NCBI GenBank assembly: GCA_963780755.1
Contig: CAWACX010000002.1
Location: forward strand, 609,813-673,812
Length of the DNA: 64,000 bases
From: an uncultured Acidobacteriota bacterium
GTDB lineage: Bacteria > Actinomycetota > Acidimicrobiia > Spongiisociales > ZC4RG35
Direction of reading: 5' to 3'
Below, piece after piece: positions 1 through 9,397 of the stretch. Made by a program: the position numbers and the translations under genes. The notes below the pieces were generated by a model. The model ran no database searches. It was given only the letters and a program-made list of their open reading frames with translations, and had not been told where the DNA came from. Numbering within the stretch: the stretch's first letter is position 1; each line of letters begins with the position of its first letter.

Positions 1-1515
1 CGGGGCACCGGCAAGACGACCACTGCCCGAATCCTGGCCAAAGCCCTCAATTGCATGAATCGGGGACCGCAGGGGGCCCCCTGCAACGAGTGCCTGAGTT
101 GCGTGTCCATCACCGATGGGACCTCCCTCGATGTTCTCGAGCTCGACGCGGCATCTCACAACTCGATCGATGACATTCGCGACATCAAGGTCAGTGTCAC
201 CACCGTGGCGTCGACGGCCACCTCGAAGCGTGTCTTCGTCCTCGACGAGGCACATATGTTGTCCAAAGCGGCGGGCAACGCCCTCCTCAAGACCCTGGAG
301 GAGCCTCCAGAGCATGTTCATTTCGTGCTGGCCACCACCGAGCCCTACAAGCTCCTCGACACCATCCGCAGCAGGAGCCAACGCTTCGACTTCCACCCGG
401 TCCCTCTCGAAGAGCTCGCCGGGCATTTGAGCCTCATCGCCGAGCGCGAGGGGTATCGGTTCGATGCCCCTGCCCTGCTCGCTATCTCGCGGCACGCCGG
501 CGGATCGGTGCGTGACTCACTGTCCCTGCTCGAGCAGGTGGCGGCGCTCGGGGCGGGAACGGTGGACGTGCCCGGAGTGCGCCGGGCACTTGGGCTTGCC
601 GATTCGGAGGCCTTCATGCGCCTGGTGGAGGCGGTGGCGTCCCAGGATGCCAAAGCCGGCCTGGAGCTGGTCGCCGAGCTCTCCGCCAACGGGGTCGACC
701 TGCGTCGATTCGTTGGGGAATCGGTCGGGTTCTTCCGGGGCGCATTTCTCGCCCACTACGCGCCGAACCTGGCCGAGATCACCGACGAGCCGGAGGAGGT
801 ACACGCCGCATGGCGCAAAGCGGCGGAGTTGGTCACATCGGGTGACGTCCTTCGGGCCGTCGATGTGCTCGGCGAGGCCCTGGTCAGATTGCGCGAGGGG
901 AGAGAGGAGCGTCTCATGACCGAGCTCGCTCTCATCAAGCTGACCCGTCCCGAGACCGCCAGTGATCAGGCCTCCTTGCTCGCCCGAATCGAGCGGCTGG
1001 AGCGCCGCCCCCCGACGGCCCAGCCCATGTCCGAGGCCCCGGGTGCGCCGGCCACCCAGGAGCCCGTTGAGGAGAGCACCACCCCGGCGCCGGAGCACAG
1101 CGCGCCGGGCAATGGTGGTGACAAGCCAGCCGGCATCGAGGTCTCCTTCGAGCAGCTGCAGAAGGTCTGGCCTGGCCTGTTCGGCAGCCTCCGGGATGTG
1201 CTGGGGGCCAGGCGCTGGGCGTTCTTCCGGGAGGCGGTCCCGGCTGCGGTGGAGGGTGACACCATCACCCTCGAAGTAGCCCACGATTTCCACCTCCAGT
1301 CGCTGCAAGAGGACGATGCGGTGGCCGCAATCGTCGCCACCAGGGCCAGTGATCTGCTGGGGAGCCCGGTGCAGGTCCGGTTCCGGTCCCGAGAAGGTGG
1401 GCCGGCCGCGAGCGACGAAATCGACATCACGCAGCTCGAGGAGAGGCCGGCGCACGCCTCCGACCCGACCAGCCTCCTGGTCGAGGAGTTGGGAGCCGAA
1501 GAAGTAGAGGAGTAG
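1..1515 (+). CDS. dnaX: DNA polymerase III subunit gamma/tau, 5'-truncated at window edge
   Basis: Frame 1 from nt 1 reads GTGKTTTARILAKALNC (clamp-loader Walker A) in frame with ORF 55..1515; Cys-rich zinc module; acidic/Pro-rich tau tail; conserved dnaX-ybaB-recR order. Confidence 0.9.
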   Translation, partial: RGTGKTTTARILAKALNCMNRGPQGAPCNECLSCVSITDGTSLDVLELDAASHNSIDDIRDIKVSVTTVASTATSKRVFVLDEAHMLSKAAGNALLKTLEEPPEHVHFVLATTEPYKLLDTIRSRSQRFDFHPVPLEELAGHLSLIAEREGYRFDAPALLAISRHAGGSVRDSLSLLEQVAALGAGTVDVPGVRRALGLADSEAFMRLVEAVASQDAKAGLELVAELSANGVDLRRFVGESVGFFRGAFLAHYAPNLAEITDEPEEVHAAWRKAAELVTSGDVLRAVDVLGEALVRLREGREERLMTELALIKLTRPETASDQASLLARIERLERRPPTAQPMSEAPGAPATQEPVEESTTPAPEHSAPGNGGDKPAGIEVSFEQLQKVWPGLFGSLRDVLGARRWAFFREAVPAAVEGDTITLEVAHDFHLQSLQEDDAVAAIVATRASDLLGSPVQVRFRSREGGPAASDEIDITQLEERPAHASDPTSLLVEELGAEEVEE

Positions 1516-1530
1516 GTCTACGCTCTCCTC

Positions 1531-1854
1531 ATGAACCGACAGCCCGACATGCGTCAGCTGATGAAGCAGGCCCAGCAGATGCAGGCCCAGCTCGCAGCCG
1601 CTCAAGAGGAGCTAGCGCAAAGGACTTTCGAAGGCAGTGCGGGCGGTGGGATGGTGGTCGCCACCGTGAACGGAGCACAAGAGTTGGTCGGGATCAGGAT
1701 ATCTCCCGAGGTGGTTGACCCTGAGGACGCCGAGATGCTCGAGGACCTGGTGCTGGCCGCGGTCCGCCAGGCACACGAAGCGGCAACGAGCGCGGCCTCG
1801 GAACAGCTTGGGGGCATGACCGGCGGGTTGGACCTCGGCGGCCTGTTGGGTTGA
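1531..1854 (+). CDS. ybaB: YbaB/EbfC nucleoid-associated DNA-binding protein
   Basis: 107 aa, MNRQPDMRQLMKQAQQMQAQL... typical YbaB N-terminus; sits between dnaX and recR. Confidence 0.9.
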   Translation: MNRQPDMRQLMKQAQQMQAQLAAAQEELAQRTFEGSAGGGMVVATVNGAQELVGIRISPEVVDPEDAEMLEDLVLAAVRQAHEAATSAASEQLGGMTGGLDLGGLLG

Positions 1855-2447
1855 TGTTCGAAGCCCCGGTCCAAAAGGTCATCGACGAGCTGGCCAGGCT
1901 TCCTGGAGTAGGGCAAAAAACGGCCCAACGCCTCGCATTCCATCTTCTCTCCGTGGAGGAGGCCGATGCCCGTCGCCTGGCGCTGGCCATCGAGGAGATG
2001 CGCGACAAGGTCTCCCTCTGCACCCGGTGCTACAACGTGGCGGCGGGTGACGAGTGCGCCATCTGCCTGGACTCGAGACGTGACCCTTCGCAGATCTGTG
2101 TGGTCGAGCGCCCACAGGACATCGTCGTGATCGAGAGAACCCAGGAATTCCGGGGCCGCTATCACGTCCTGGGAGGCTCTCTGTCCCCGATCAACGGTGT
2201 CGGTCCCAGCCAGCTCCGAATCGACGAGTTGAAGGCCAGGATCGGACCGGAGGGAGTCGTCGAGCTGATCGTGGCCACCAATCCCACAGTCGAGGGCGAC
2301 GCCACCGCCATGTACCTCGCACGAGAGCTCAAGCCGATGGGGACCAAGGTCAGTCGCCTCGCCTCCGGTCTCCCCGTCGGTGGTGATCTCGACTACGCGG
2401 ACGAGCTCACCCTGGGCCGAGCGCTTGTCGGGCGAATGGAGCTCTAG
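1854..2447 (+). CDS. recR: recombination protein RecR
   Basis: MFEAPVQKVIDELARLPGVGQKTAQRLAF (HhH motif), CTRCYNVAAGDECAIC zinc finger, Toprim; TTG at 1851 or ATG at 1854 overlaps ybaB stop. Confidence 0.92.
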   Translation: MFEAPVQKVIDELARLPGVGQKTAQRLAFHLLSVEEADARRLALAIEEMRDKVSLCTRCYNVAAGDECAICLDSRRDPSQICVVERPQDIVVIERTQEFRGRYHVLGGSLSPINGVGPSQLRIDELKARIGPEGVVELIVATNPTVEGDATAMYLARELKPMGTKVSRLASGLPVGGDLDYADELTLGRALVGRMEL

Positions 2448-2486
2448 GCCACCCATCGCGCAGCCGGTGGGCCGTAACCTGGGAAC

Positions 2487-3335
2487 GTGCCAGCGACTGA
2501 AACGAGCCCGCGACCTCGCATCCTCGCAATGGTGCTCGCCGGTGTCGGGGTGCTCGGCCTCGGTTTCGTGGTGGCCATGGCGAGTGCCTCGGTGCCCGGG
2601 AGGCAGGACGAGCCACTGCTCGACGTTGCTTGGCGCCCTGGCACCAACTTCACCGATGTCCTGACCTGGCTGGTTGCAATCGCAGTTGTCATCGGCGCGG
2701 TGGTCCTCATGCTGTCGGTCCGGGAGCCACGAATGCGTCAGCAACGGAAGCGAAGCCGTGTGGCCCTGGCGATCGTCGGGGGCATCATCCTCTTCTTCCT
2801 TGCCTGGAGGTACCTGCGCCCGGTGGCCGGGTCGCTGCTCGAACAGGGATCCGAGCTCGTTCCCGGCGACCTCACAGAGGCCCCGACTCCAGGCGCCACC
2901 ACATCGAATCAGGTGTGGGTCCTCGGAGCTTTGATCGGCATGGTCGTAATCGGAGCCTTGGTCCGGCTCGGCCTGTCACTTCGGTCTCCCAAGACCGACC
3001 TCGCGACCGAGCAAGCCGCCCCCGAGGAGCCGCCTCCGGCCGAGCCATCGCCACAGCCCGGGCCGCAACGCACCGACCCCAGGGGTCGGATCTTCGGTGC
3101 TTATCTCGACTTCGAGCAGGCTGCCGCCTACGCCGGGATCGGCCGCGATCCGGCCGAGACCGCGGGAACCCACGCCCGGCGCGTGGTCGCCGGTTTTTCG
3201 CTTCCCAAGGACCAGGCTCGGGCTCTGGTGGCCCGTCATGCCGCGGCCCGGTTCGGTGAGGGGGAGCCAACCGCTGCCGACGCAGACCTTGCCGAGAGCG
3301 CATCATCGAGCCTGCGCCAGGGAATGGCTTCGTGA
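2487..3335 (+). CDS. membrane protein, DUF4129-like (MoxR/DUF58-associated)
   Basis: 282 aa, multiple TM helices, Pro-rich linker, C-terminal soluble region; immediately upstream of MoxR-DUF58 genes on the same strand; GTG start. Confidence 0.55.
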   Translation: MPATETSPRPRILAMVLAGVGVLGLGFVVAMASASVPGRQDEPLLDVAWRPGTNFTDVLTWLVAIAVVIGAVVLMLSVREPRMRQQRKRSRVALAIVGGIILFFLAWRYLRPVAGSLLEQGSELVPGDLTEAPTPGATTSNQVWVLGALIGMVVIGALVRLGLSLRSPKTDLATEQAAPEEPPPAEPSPQPGPQRTDPRGRIFGAYLDFEQAAAYAGIGRDPAETAGTHARRVVAGFSLPKDQARALVARHAAARFGEGEPTAADADLAESASSSLRQGMAS

Positions 3336-3790
3336 GTCGGATCCTGGTGCGTGGCCTCCTGGTGGCCGCGGCCGCCGCGCTGCTCCTGGCGCAGCTGCAA
3401 GGAGCTTCTCTGCTCTGGGCCTGGGAGGCACTACTCGTCCTCCTGGTCATCTGGCAGGTGCGCGAGATGCCCGGAGCCGACACGACGCCGGGAATTTCGT
3501 TGCTTCCGGCGCGCGATGCGAGGCCTACCCGGCTGCCGAGGTCGGTGGTGGCCGCCGAGGTGGCCACCAGTGATGCACTCTCGGGCCACACGGGGAGGGG
3601 TCGTCGGCTCCGGCCGATGCTGCAGAGGATCGCAAGCCACCGCCTGGCGCGCCGCGGAATCGCGCTCGACAGCCCCCAGGCTCTCGGCTTTCTGGATGAT
3701 CGGACCTGGAGATGGCTTACCGGGCGCGAGGACCGCCCGCCACCGCCCGCAGAGATGAGCGCGCTGTTGACGGCACTGGAGGAGATGTGA
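3332..3790 (+). CDS. hypothetical small membrane protein in MoxR operon
   Basis: 152 aa ORF, N-terminal hydrophobic helices; start overlaps upstream stop; its stop overlaps the moxR GTG start (ATGTGA at 3785-3790). Confidence 0.4.
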   Translation: MSRILVRGLLVAAAAALLLAQLQGASLLWAWEALLVLLVIWQVREMPGADTTPGISLLPARDARPTRLPRSVVAAEVATSDALSGHTGRGRRLRPMLQRIASHRLARRGIALDSPQALGFLDDRTWRWLTGREDRPPPPAEMSALLTALEEM

Positions 3791-4771
3791 CTGCTCCCGC
3801 GGTCGAGGCGGAGCGCTTCGCAGTCCTCGCCGACGCGGTCCTCGACCAGGTGGAGAGGGCAGTCATCGGCAAACGGCAGACATTGGAACTGGTGCTCATG
3901 GCGATCCTCGCCAACGGGCACGTCCTGATCGAGGACCTTCCGGGCCTGGCCAAGACCCTCGTCGCTCGCAGCTTCGCCGCGGCAACCGACCTCGAATTCG
4001 CTCGGGTCCAGTTCACACCGGACCTGATGCCGATGGACATCACGGGCTCCTTCGTCCTCGACCCGGACACCGGGCGTCCCGGGTTCCGGCCCGGGCCGGT
4101 GTTCTCCAACCTGCTCCTGGCCGACGAGATCAACCGGGCACCGGCCAAGACCCAGGCGGCATTGCTGGAGGCCATGCAGGAGCATCAGGTGACGGTCGAC
4201 GGCGTCACCCGACCCCTCGGTCCCCCGTTCCTGGTCATTGCGACCCAGAACCCGATCGAATACGAAGGCACCTACCCCCTTCCCGAGGCCCAGATCGATC
4301 GGTTCCTGATCCGGGCCCGCATCGGATATCCCGATCGCGGGCCGGAATGGGAGATGCTCGACCGTCGAGCGCGGTCGCGGGTCCGATGACGTCGACATCG
4401 ATGTCGTGGTCGATCGCTCGACCCTTCTCCAGATGCAGGGAGTCGTCGAAGAAGTGCACCTCTCCGAGCCGGTCGGCCGCTACATCGTCGACCTGGTCTC
4501 GGCTACCCGGACGTCGGGCCGGGTGCGTGTCGGATCGAGCCCGCGCGGCTCATTGGCGCTGATGAAGCTGGCACGGGCCCGGGCGGCTCTGTCCGGGCGA
4601 AGCTTCGTCCTGCCGGACGACGTCCAGGAGGTCGCGATCCCGGCCTTGGCCCACCGCTTGATCCTCCGGCCAGAGTTCTGGGCCCAGGAGTTGAGCGAGG
4701 AGAAAGTCATCCAGGACGTCCTGGAGCAGGTGCCCAGCCCTCCGGCTGCGCCCGACGCCTTCCAACCATGA
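3787..4771 (+). CDS. MoxR-family AAA+ ATPase, reading frame interrupted by a single +1/-1 shift near 4370-4390
   Basis: Frame-1 part (GTG 3787..4389) has Walker A/B-like LIEDLPGLAKT, LLADEINRAPAKTQAALLEAMQE, VIATQNPIEYEGTYPLPEAQIDRF; the AAA lid continues in frame 2 (4406..4771: VVDRSTLLQMQ...AHRLIL); shift at the cgcggg/tcc run. Confidence 0.85.
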
Positions 4772-6054
4772 GGGTCGAGGCCAACCCTCGCCTGCGGGCC
4801 TATGTGACCGCCGGCATGACCGGGTTGGCGGGCGCCCTTGCAATCGGAGACCCGGCGCCTGCCCTGCTCGGTGCTGTGCTCTTGTCGATTGGGGTGGTCG
4901 GCCTGACCCGAATGTCGACGATCACCTCCCGCGTCGAGCTCGGTGAGATGCCGGCATTGATCGTCGAGGGCGTCGAGTTCCGGCTCCGAGTGCGACTGAG
5001 CACCGATCAGGGGGTGCGTCGGGTGTATGTCGATCTGCCACATGAAGATCTGGAGCTGGTGAGCAGCGAGGGCGCCCGTCTCATCGGTGAGCACACGCTG
5101 GCTTTCGACTCTGTTCGCACCACGGCTGAGGCAGTAGTCACCCTGCGCCCGCTGACCTGGGGCCACCTCCAGGTTGGCCCGGCCTCGATTCGAATCGAAT
5201 CCCCTCTGGGGATGTACGACATGACCAGGACCGAGCCCGTAGTCCACTCCATCGCCGTGATGCCGGCCGAGGCCAGGACACGCAGGCTCCTTGCGCCTTT
5301 GGAGACCAATTTCCACGTCGGCGAGTTGGTGTCCGCGGGTCGGGGCCCGGGGACCGAGTTCGCCGAGATCCGCCCTTACCGGCACGGTGATGACCCGAGG
5401 TGGATCAACTGGCGGGTGTCGTCGAGGGCGCAACAGCGTTGGGTAAACGACCGCCACCCGGAGCGAAATGGGGACGTCCTGCTCCTCGTCGACTCCGGGA
5501 TCGACGTTGGGACCGGTCTGGAGATCGTCATGGACCGCACGATTCGGTTGGCAGCGGCCCTGATCAATGCCCATTCCCGGCGTCAGCACCGCCTCGGGTT
5601 GATCACCACGGATGGCCGGAGCCGCTGGATCTTGCCTGGCATGGGCGAGGGACATCGTCGCCATCTCCTCGAGCAATTGATATCGGTGACTCCGGGCCGG
5701 GTGAGTTGGGACGCCGTGGAGCGAACCGTGGCCCGGGTCGCTCGCCGTCCGGCCATGGTGATTGTCCTCACCTCGCTCATCGACCCGAACCTCGCGGGCA
5801 TCACCCACTCGATGCGTCAGTCGGGGCTCGACGTCTCGGTCATCGAGCTCGAAGTGGGCTCGCTCTTGTCCCCGCCCGCCGATGACACCCGTGCGCTGGG
5901 CCGACGGATCTGGGCCATGGACCTCGACCGGATTCGTGACCGGCTCGCTGCAGAGGGGATCCCGATGGCGGTCTGGTCGCCGGATGACGGCCCCGACATC
6001 CCGATCGCACGACTCGAGCAATGGAGGACGTCTTGGCGTCGGCGGCTCGGCTGA
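4768..6054 (+). CDS. DUF58 (vWA-like) domain protein, MoxR partner
   Basis: 428 aa, N-terminal TM region then DUF58 signature (FAEIRPYRHGDDPRWINWRVSSR...VLLLVDSG); start ATG overlaps the moxR stop (ATGA). Confidence 0.85.
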   Translation: MRVEANPRLRAYVTAGMTGLAGALAIGDPAPALLGAVLLSIGVVGLTRMSTITSRVELGEMPALIVEGVEFRLRVRLSTDQGVRRVYVDLPHEDLELVSSEGARLIGEHTLAFDSVRTTAEAVVTLRPLTWGHLQVGPASIRIESPLGMYDMTRTEPVVHSIAVMPAEARTRRLLAPLETNFHVGELVSAGRGPGTEFAEIRPYRHGDDPRWINWRVSSRAQQRWVNDRHPERNGDVLLLVDSGIDVGTGLEIVMDRTIRLAAALINAHSRRQHRLGLITTDGRSRWILPGMGEGHRRHLLEQLISVTPGRVSWDAVERTVARVARRPAMVIVLTSLIDPNLAGITHSMRQSGLDVSVIELEVGSLLSPPADDTRALGRRIWAMDLDRIRDRLAAEGIPMAVWSPDDGPDIPIARLEQWRTSWRRRLG

Positions 6055-6566
6055 GCGCAATCGTCTCCGTGGCTCTCGGCTTTGCACTGGTGATCTCGAT
6101 CCCGACCAGTGGTGGCTCGGGGCTCGCCGCACTCGTCGGCTGGATCGGGCTCCTGATTCTCGTGATCGGAATGCTCACCGGCCTCCACGGGTCGGTCACC
6201 GTTGCCGCGCTGGCCTTTGTGCTCCAACTGGTCATCGTCGCGGGACTCCCCGTTGGCCTGGCCCTGCCCCTCTGGCTGCAGACGCTGCTGATCGTCCTCG
6301 TCATCGAGTTCGCCGACGCCTCCCTCTCTTACCGTGACCATGCATCGGACCTGATCGTGAGCATCGGACGGGCCCTGGGCATCGCAATCACTGCGAGCGT
6401 GGTGGTTCAGGTCATGTCGACCCTGCTCGCCGGAAGCGATGCGAGTGGAGCTCTCCTCCGCGCCGCCGGGGTAGGTGCGATGGTGATCGCAGGTGGCTGG
6501 GTGGTGACCTCCTGGCGACGGTCGGTCCTCGCGTCCGGGCGCGGCTCAGTCCAGAGTGATCGCTGA
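6021..6566 (+). CDS. hypothetical polytopic membrane protein
   Basis: 181 aa, four or more hydrophobic helices; overlaps the DUF58 3' end; convergent with glpX. Confidence 0.5.
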   Translation: MEDVLASAARLSAIVSVALGFALVISIPTSGGSGLAALVGWIGLLILVIGMLTGLHGSVTVAALAFVLQLVIVAGLPVGLALPLWLQTLLIVLVIEFADASLSYRDHASDLIVSIGRALGIAITASVVVQVMSTLLAGSDASGALLRAAGVGAMVIAGGWVVTSWRRSVLASGRGSVQSDR

Positions 6567-7535
6567 GATCTCTCGCAGCCTCGCCAAGTTGTGATGGGCG
6601 TCCATGTAGCGGATGGAGCCCGTCTTGGAGCGCATGATCACCGAGTGGGTGATCACGTGGTCACCGCGAAAGTCCACGCCTCTCAGGTAGTCGCCGCCGG
6701 TGACCCCGGTGGCTGCGAAGAACACGTTGTCCGACGACACCAGCTCGCGCGTGGTCAACACCTGAGCCAGGTCGAGCCCCTGCTCCAGGGCCTTTTGCTC
6801 CTCATCGCCGTCCCTCGGCCACAGCCGGCATTGGATCTCGCCACCGATGCAGGCGAGGGCGGCCGCGGCGATCACCGCCTCCGGCGAGCCGCCGATGCCC
6901 ACGAGTATGTCCGCTGCAGTCTCTTCTCGGGCCGTCGAGATCGCCCCGGCGACATCGCCGTCACGAAGAAGTGAGATCCGGCCCCCGGCGCGGCGCACAC
7001 CGTCGATGTAATGCTGGTTACGCGGCCGGTCGAGAATCAGGACGCGGAGGTCGTTGACGTCCTTTCCCTTGGCCTTGGCGACCTGCCTCAGGTTGTCCTC
7101 GATCGGTGCCTCGAGATCGATCGTCCCGGCAGCCTCCGGCCCCACCGCGATCTTGTCCATGTAGACGAGGGAGCCGGGGGCATACATCGAGCCCCGCCCC
7201 GCGGAGAGGGCGATCACGGCGATCGCACCCGGCATCCCGGCTGCGGTGAGAGTGGTCCCGTCCACCGGGTCGACGGCCACGTCGACGACCAGCCCGGAAC
7301 CGGTCCCGACACGTTCCCCGTTGTGCAACATCGGGGCGTCGTCCTTTTCACCTTCTCCGATCACGACCAGCCCATCGATGTCGAGAGTTGAGAGGTGAAG
7401 GCGCATCCCGTCGACCGCGGCCTGGTCGGCGGCTTCCTTGTCGCCCCGGCCCAGCCAACGCGCCGCCCCCATGGCAGCGGTTTCAGTCACCCGCACCAGG
7501 TCAAGGCCCAGATTGGGCTCGACCGGTTCGGGCAT
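6546..7535 (-). CDS. glpX: fructose-1,6-bisphosphatase class II (GlpX)
   Basis: [45 protein letters not shown]... full-length GlpX-like; ATG at 7535 overlaps the upstream thiolase stop (ATGA). Confidence 0.9.
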   Translation of the reverse strand: MPEPVEPNLGLDLVRVTETAAMGAARWLGRGDKEAADQAAVDGMRLHLSTLDIDGLVVIGEGEKDDAPMLHNGERVGTGSGLVVDVAVDPVDGTTLTAAGMPGAIAVIALSAGRGSMYAPGSLVYMDKIAVGPEAAGTIDLEAPIEDNLRQVAKAKGKDVNDLRVLILDRPRNQHYIDGVRRAGGRISLLRDGDVAGAISTAREETAADILVGIGGSPEAVIAAAALACIGGEIQCRLWPRDGDEEQKALEQGLDLAQVLTTRELVSSDNVFFAATGVTGGDYLRGVDFRGDHVITHSVIMRSKTGSIRYMDAHHNLARLREISAITLD

Positions 7536-8710
7536 CAGGAGACCCGGACCACGATGGCATCTCCCTGGCCCCCGCCCCCGCACAGCGTCGCCGCCCCCAC
7601 GCCGCCCCCTCGCGCCCGCAGCGCGTCGATGAGAGTGATGACGATGCGGGCCCCGGTCGCGCCGAGAGGATGCCCCAAGGCGACCGCTCCCCCTCTGACG
7701 TTGATCCGGTCCTGGGGCAGGTCGAGCATCCGCGCCGACCAGATCGCCACGGCGGCGAACGCTTCATTGATCTCGATGAGGTCCAGGTCCGAGGGCTCGA
7801 GCCCGGCCTTCTTCAGCGCAACGAGCAGTGCTTCGGCAGGGCGCTCGTGGAGCGTGGCATCACCTCCACCGATCTGTCCGTAGGCCAGTATCTCGGCGAG
7901 GACCGGGGATTCCGCGGCCTCTGCCGCGGATCGATCGGCCACGACTACGGCGGCCCCTCCATCGGAGATCTGCGAAGCGTTGCCCGCGGTGATGGTCCCA
8001 CCCGGGCTGAATGCGGGTCGGAGGGCGGAAAGGGACTCGAAGCTGGCGTCGGCCCGGATCCCCTCATCGGCAGCCACCACCACCGGGTCACCCTTGCGTT
8101 GGGGCACCTCGACCGGGACGATTTCCTCCGGGTTGGCCTGCGCCGCCTCGGCGGCCAGCCGATGGCTGCGTGCCGACCACTCGTCTTGCTCGCTCCTGTC
8201 GATGCCGAGTCGCTCGTTCTTGTGATCGGACGACTCGCCCATCGTGCAGTGGTCGAACGCACAGAACAGACCGTCGTGCTGCATCACGTCGATGAGAGCG
8301 GCATCGCCGATCCGGGCCCCCCAGCGCAGCTCGCGAACCACATGCGGGGCATTGGACATGCTCTCCATCCCCCCGGCGACGACAAAGCTGGAATCTCCGA
8401 GTCTCACCGCGCGGTCGGCGAGCCCGATGGCGGACATCCCCGAGAGGCACACCTTGTTGATCGTCACCGAGGGCACTGTCATGGGGAGCCCACCTGCAAC
8501 GGCGGCTTGTCTCGCCGTGATCTGCCCCTCTCCGGCCTGGAGCACGTGGCCGAACAGGACCTCGTCGATTGCAGATGGATCGACACCGGAGCGAGCCAGA
8601 GCTCCCGAAATCGCCATCCCGCCCAGATCGACGGCGCGCAATGGGGACAGGGAGCCGCCGTACTTGCCTATCGGGGTGCGGGCGATTCCGGTGATGACAC
8701 TATTGCTCAC
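7535..8710 (-). CDS. acetyl-CoA C-acyltransferase (thiolase II family)
   Basis: 391 aa; [19 protein letters not shown], active-site Cys region [13 protein letters not shown]-terminal CGGGGQGDA motif. Confidence 0.92.
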   Translation of the reverse strand: MSNSVITGIARTPIGKYGGSLSPLRAVDLGGMAISGALARSGVDPSAIDEVLFGHVLQAGEGQITARQAAVAGGLPMTVPSVTINKVCLSGMSAIGLADRAVRLGDSSFVVAGGMESMSNAPHVVRELRWGARIGDAALIDVMQHDGLFCAFDHCTMGESSDHKNERLGIDRSEQDEWSARSHRLAAEAAQANPEEIVPVEVPQRKGDPVVVAADEGIRADASFESLSALRPAFSPGGTITAGNASQISDGGAAVVVADRSAAEAAESPVLAEILAYGQIGGGDATLHERPAEALLVALKKAGLEPSDLDLIEINEAFAAVAIWSARMLDLPQDRINVRGGAVALGHPLGATGARIVITLIDALRARGGGVGAATLCGGGGQGDAIVVRVS

Positions 8711-8728
8711 GTTGTCCTCCGGAGGTTG

Positions 8729-9193
8729 ATGCTACCGGTGGCCCGCGGACATCTCGGTGCCGGTGCCAATACCCTGTCGTCGGTGAAATTGCTCAATCTG
8801 GACCATGTCGCCATCGCCGTCCATGACCTCGACCAGGCCGTGGAGGACTACCGCCTCCGATATCGGGTCTCTCCCCTTTACCGGGAGGTGGTGGAGTCGC
8901 AGGGGGTCGAAGAGGCGATGATCCCGGTAGGTGGCTCCTTCGTCCAGCTGCTGGCACCGCTGGACGGGGAGAGCCCCGTGGGCAGGTTCCTGGAGAAGCG
9001 GGGTGAGGGCATCCATCACATCGCATTCCTCGTCGCCGACATTGTTGTCGCCCTGGCACACCTGAAGGAGCAGGGCGCGAACCTTATCGACGAGGTCCCC
9101 CGGATCGGGGGCCGGGGGGCTCGTATCGCCTTCGTTCACCCTGCGGACCTCGGTGGTACCTTGATCGAGCTCGTGGAGATCGCAGATGATTGA
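8729..9193 (+). CDS. methylmalonyl-CoA epimerase (VOC/glyoxalase fold)
   Basis: C-terminal 137-154 aa of the long ORF 7388..9193 (VKLLNLDHVAIAVHDL...HIAFLVADI...IELVE); GGAGG precedes ATG 8729; alternative GTG at 8783. Confidence 0.75.
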   Translation: MLPVARGHLGAGANTLSSVKLLNLDHVAIAVHDLDQAVEDYRLRYRVSPLYREVVESQGVEEAMIPVGGSFVQLLAPLDGESPVGRFLEKRGEGIHHIAFLVADIVVALAHLKEQGANLIDEVPRIGGRGARIAFVHPADLGGTLIELVEIADD

Positions 9194-9371
9194 AGGCCTG
9201 GAGATCAAGGGCGGCGCGGGGCCTTTCGAGGCAGCGGTGATCGCCGTGGTCCTCGATCGGGTCACCCAGGAGGAGAATCAGGCGCGCCAGGCCATGCCCG
9301 GGGGAAGCGCAACGCTTCCCGCCTGGATGCGGGCAGTCCTCGAAGAGGAGCCGGAGTGGCCGACCGGTTGA
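9186..9371 (+). CDS. small protein, possibly acyl-CoA carboxylase epsilon-subunit-like
   Basis: 61 aa, MIEGLEIKGGAGPFEAAVIAVVLDRV...; ATG overlaps the epimerase stop (ATGATTGA); resembles ACC_epsilon peptides in composition only. Confidence 0.35.
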   Translation: MIEGLEIKGGAGPFEAAVIAVVLDRVTQEENQARQAMPGGSATLPAWMRAVLEEEPEWPTG

Positions 9372-9397
9372 TGGGGGCCCGACTCCATCTGACCGGT

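Noticed and set aside
1-1515. Programmed ribosomal frameshift in dnaX (as in E. coli)
   Set aside because: No A AAA AAG-type slippery heptamer followed by a stem-loop. Actinobacterial dnaX genes generally encode only the full tau form.
517-6132. Very long minus-strand ORFs (517..1605, 1602..2744, 2872..4398, 4480..6132) antisense to dnaX, ybaB/recR and the MoxR/DUF58 cluster
   Set aside because: Arg/Pro/Gly-rich low-complexity translations typical of antisense frames in ~68% GC DNA. The opposite strand carries proteins with clear family motifs.
7388-8728. N-terminal ~450 codons of the 601-aa plus-strand ORF 7388..9193
   Set aside because: Antisense to the thiolase. Only the last ~150 codons (methylmalonyl-CoA epimerase) show a real protein signature.
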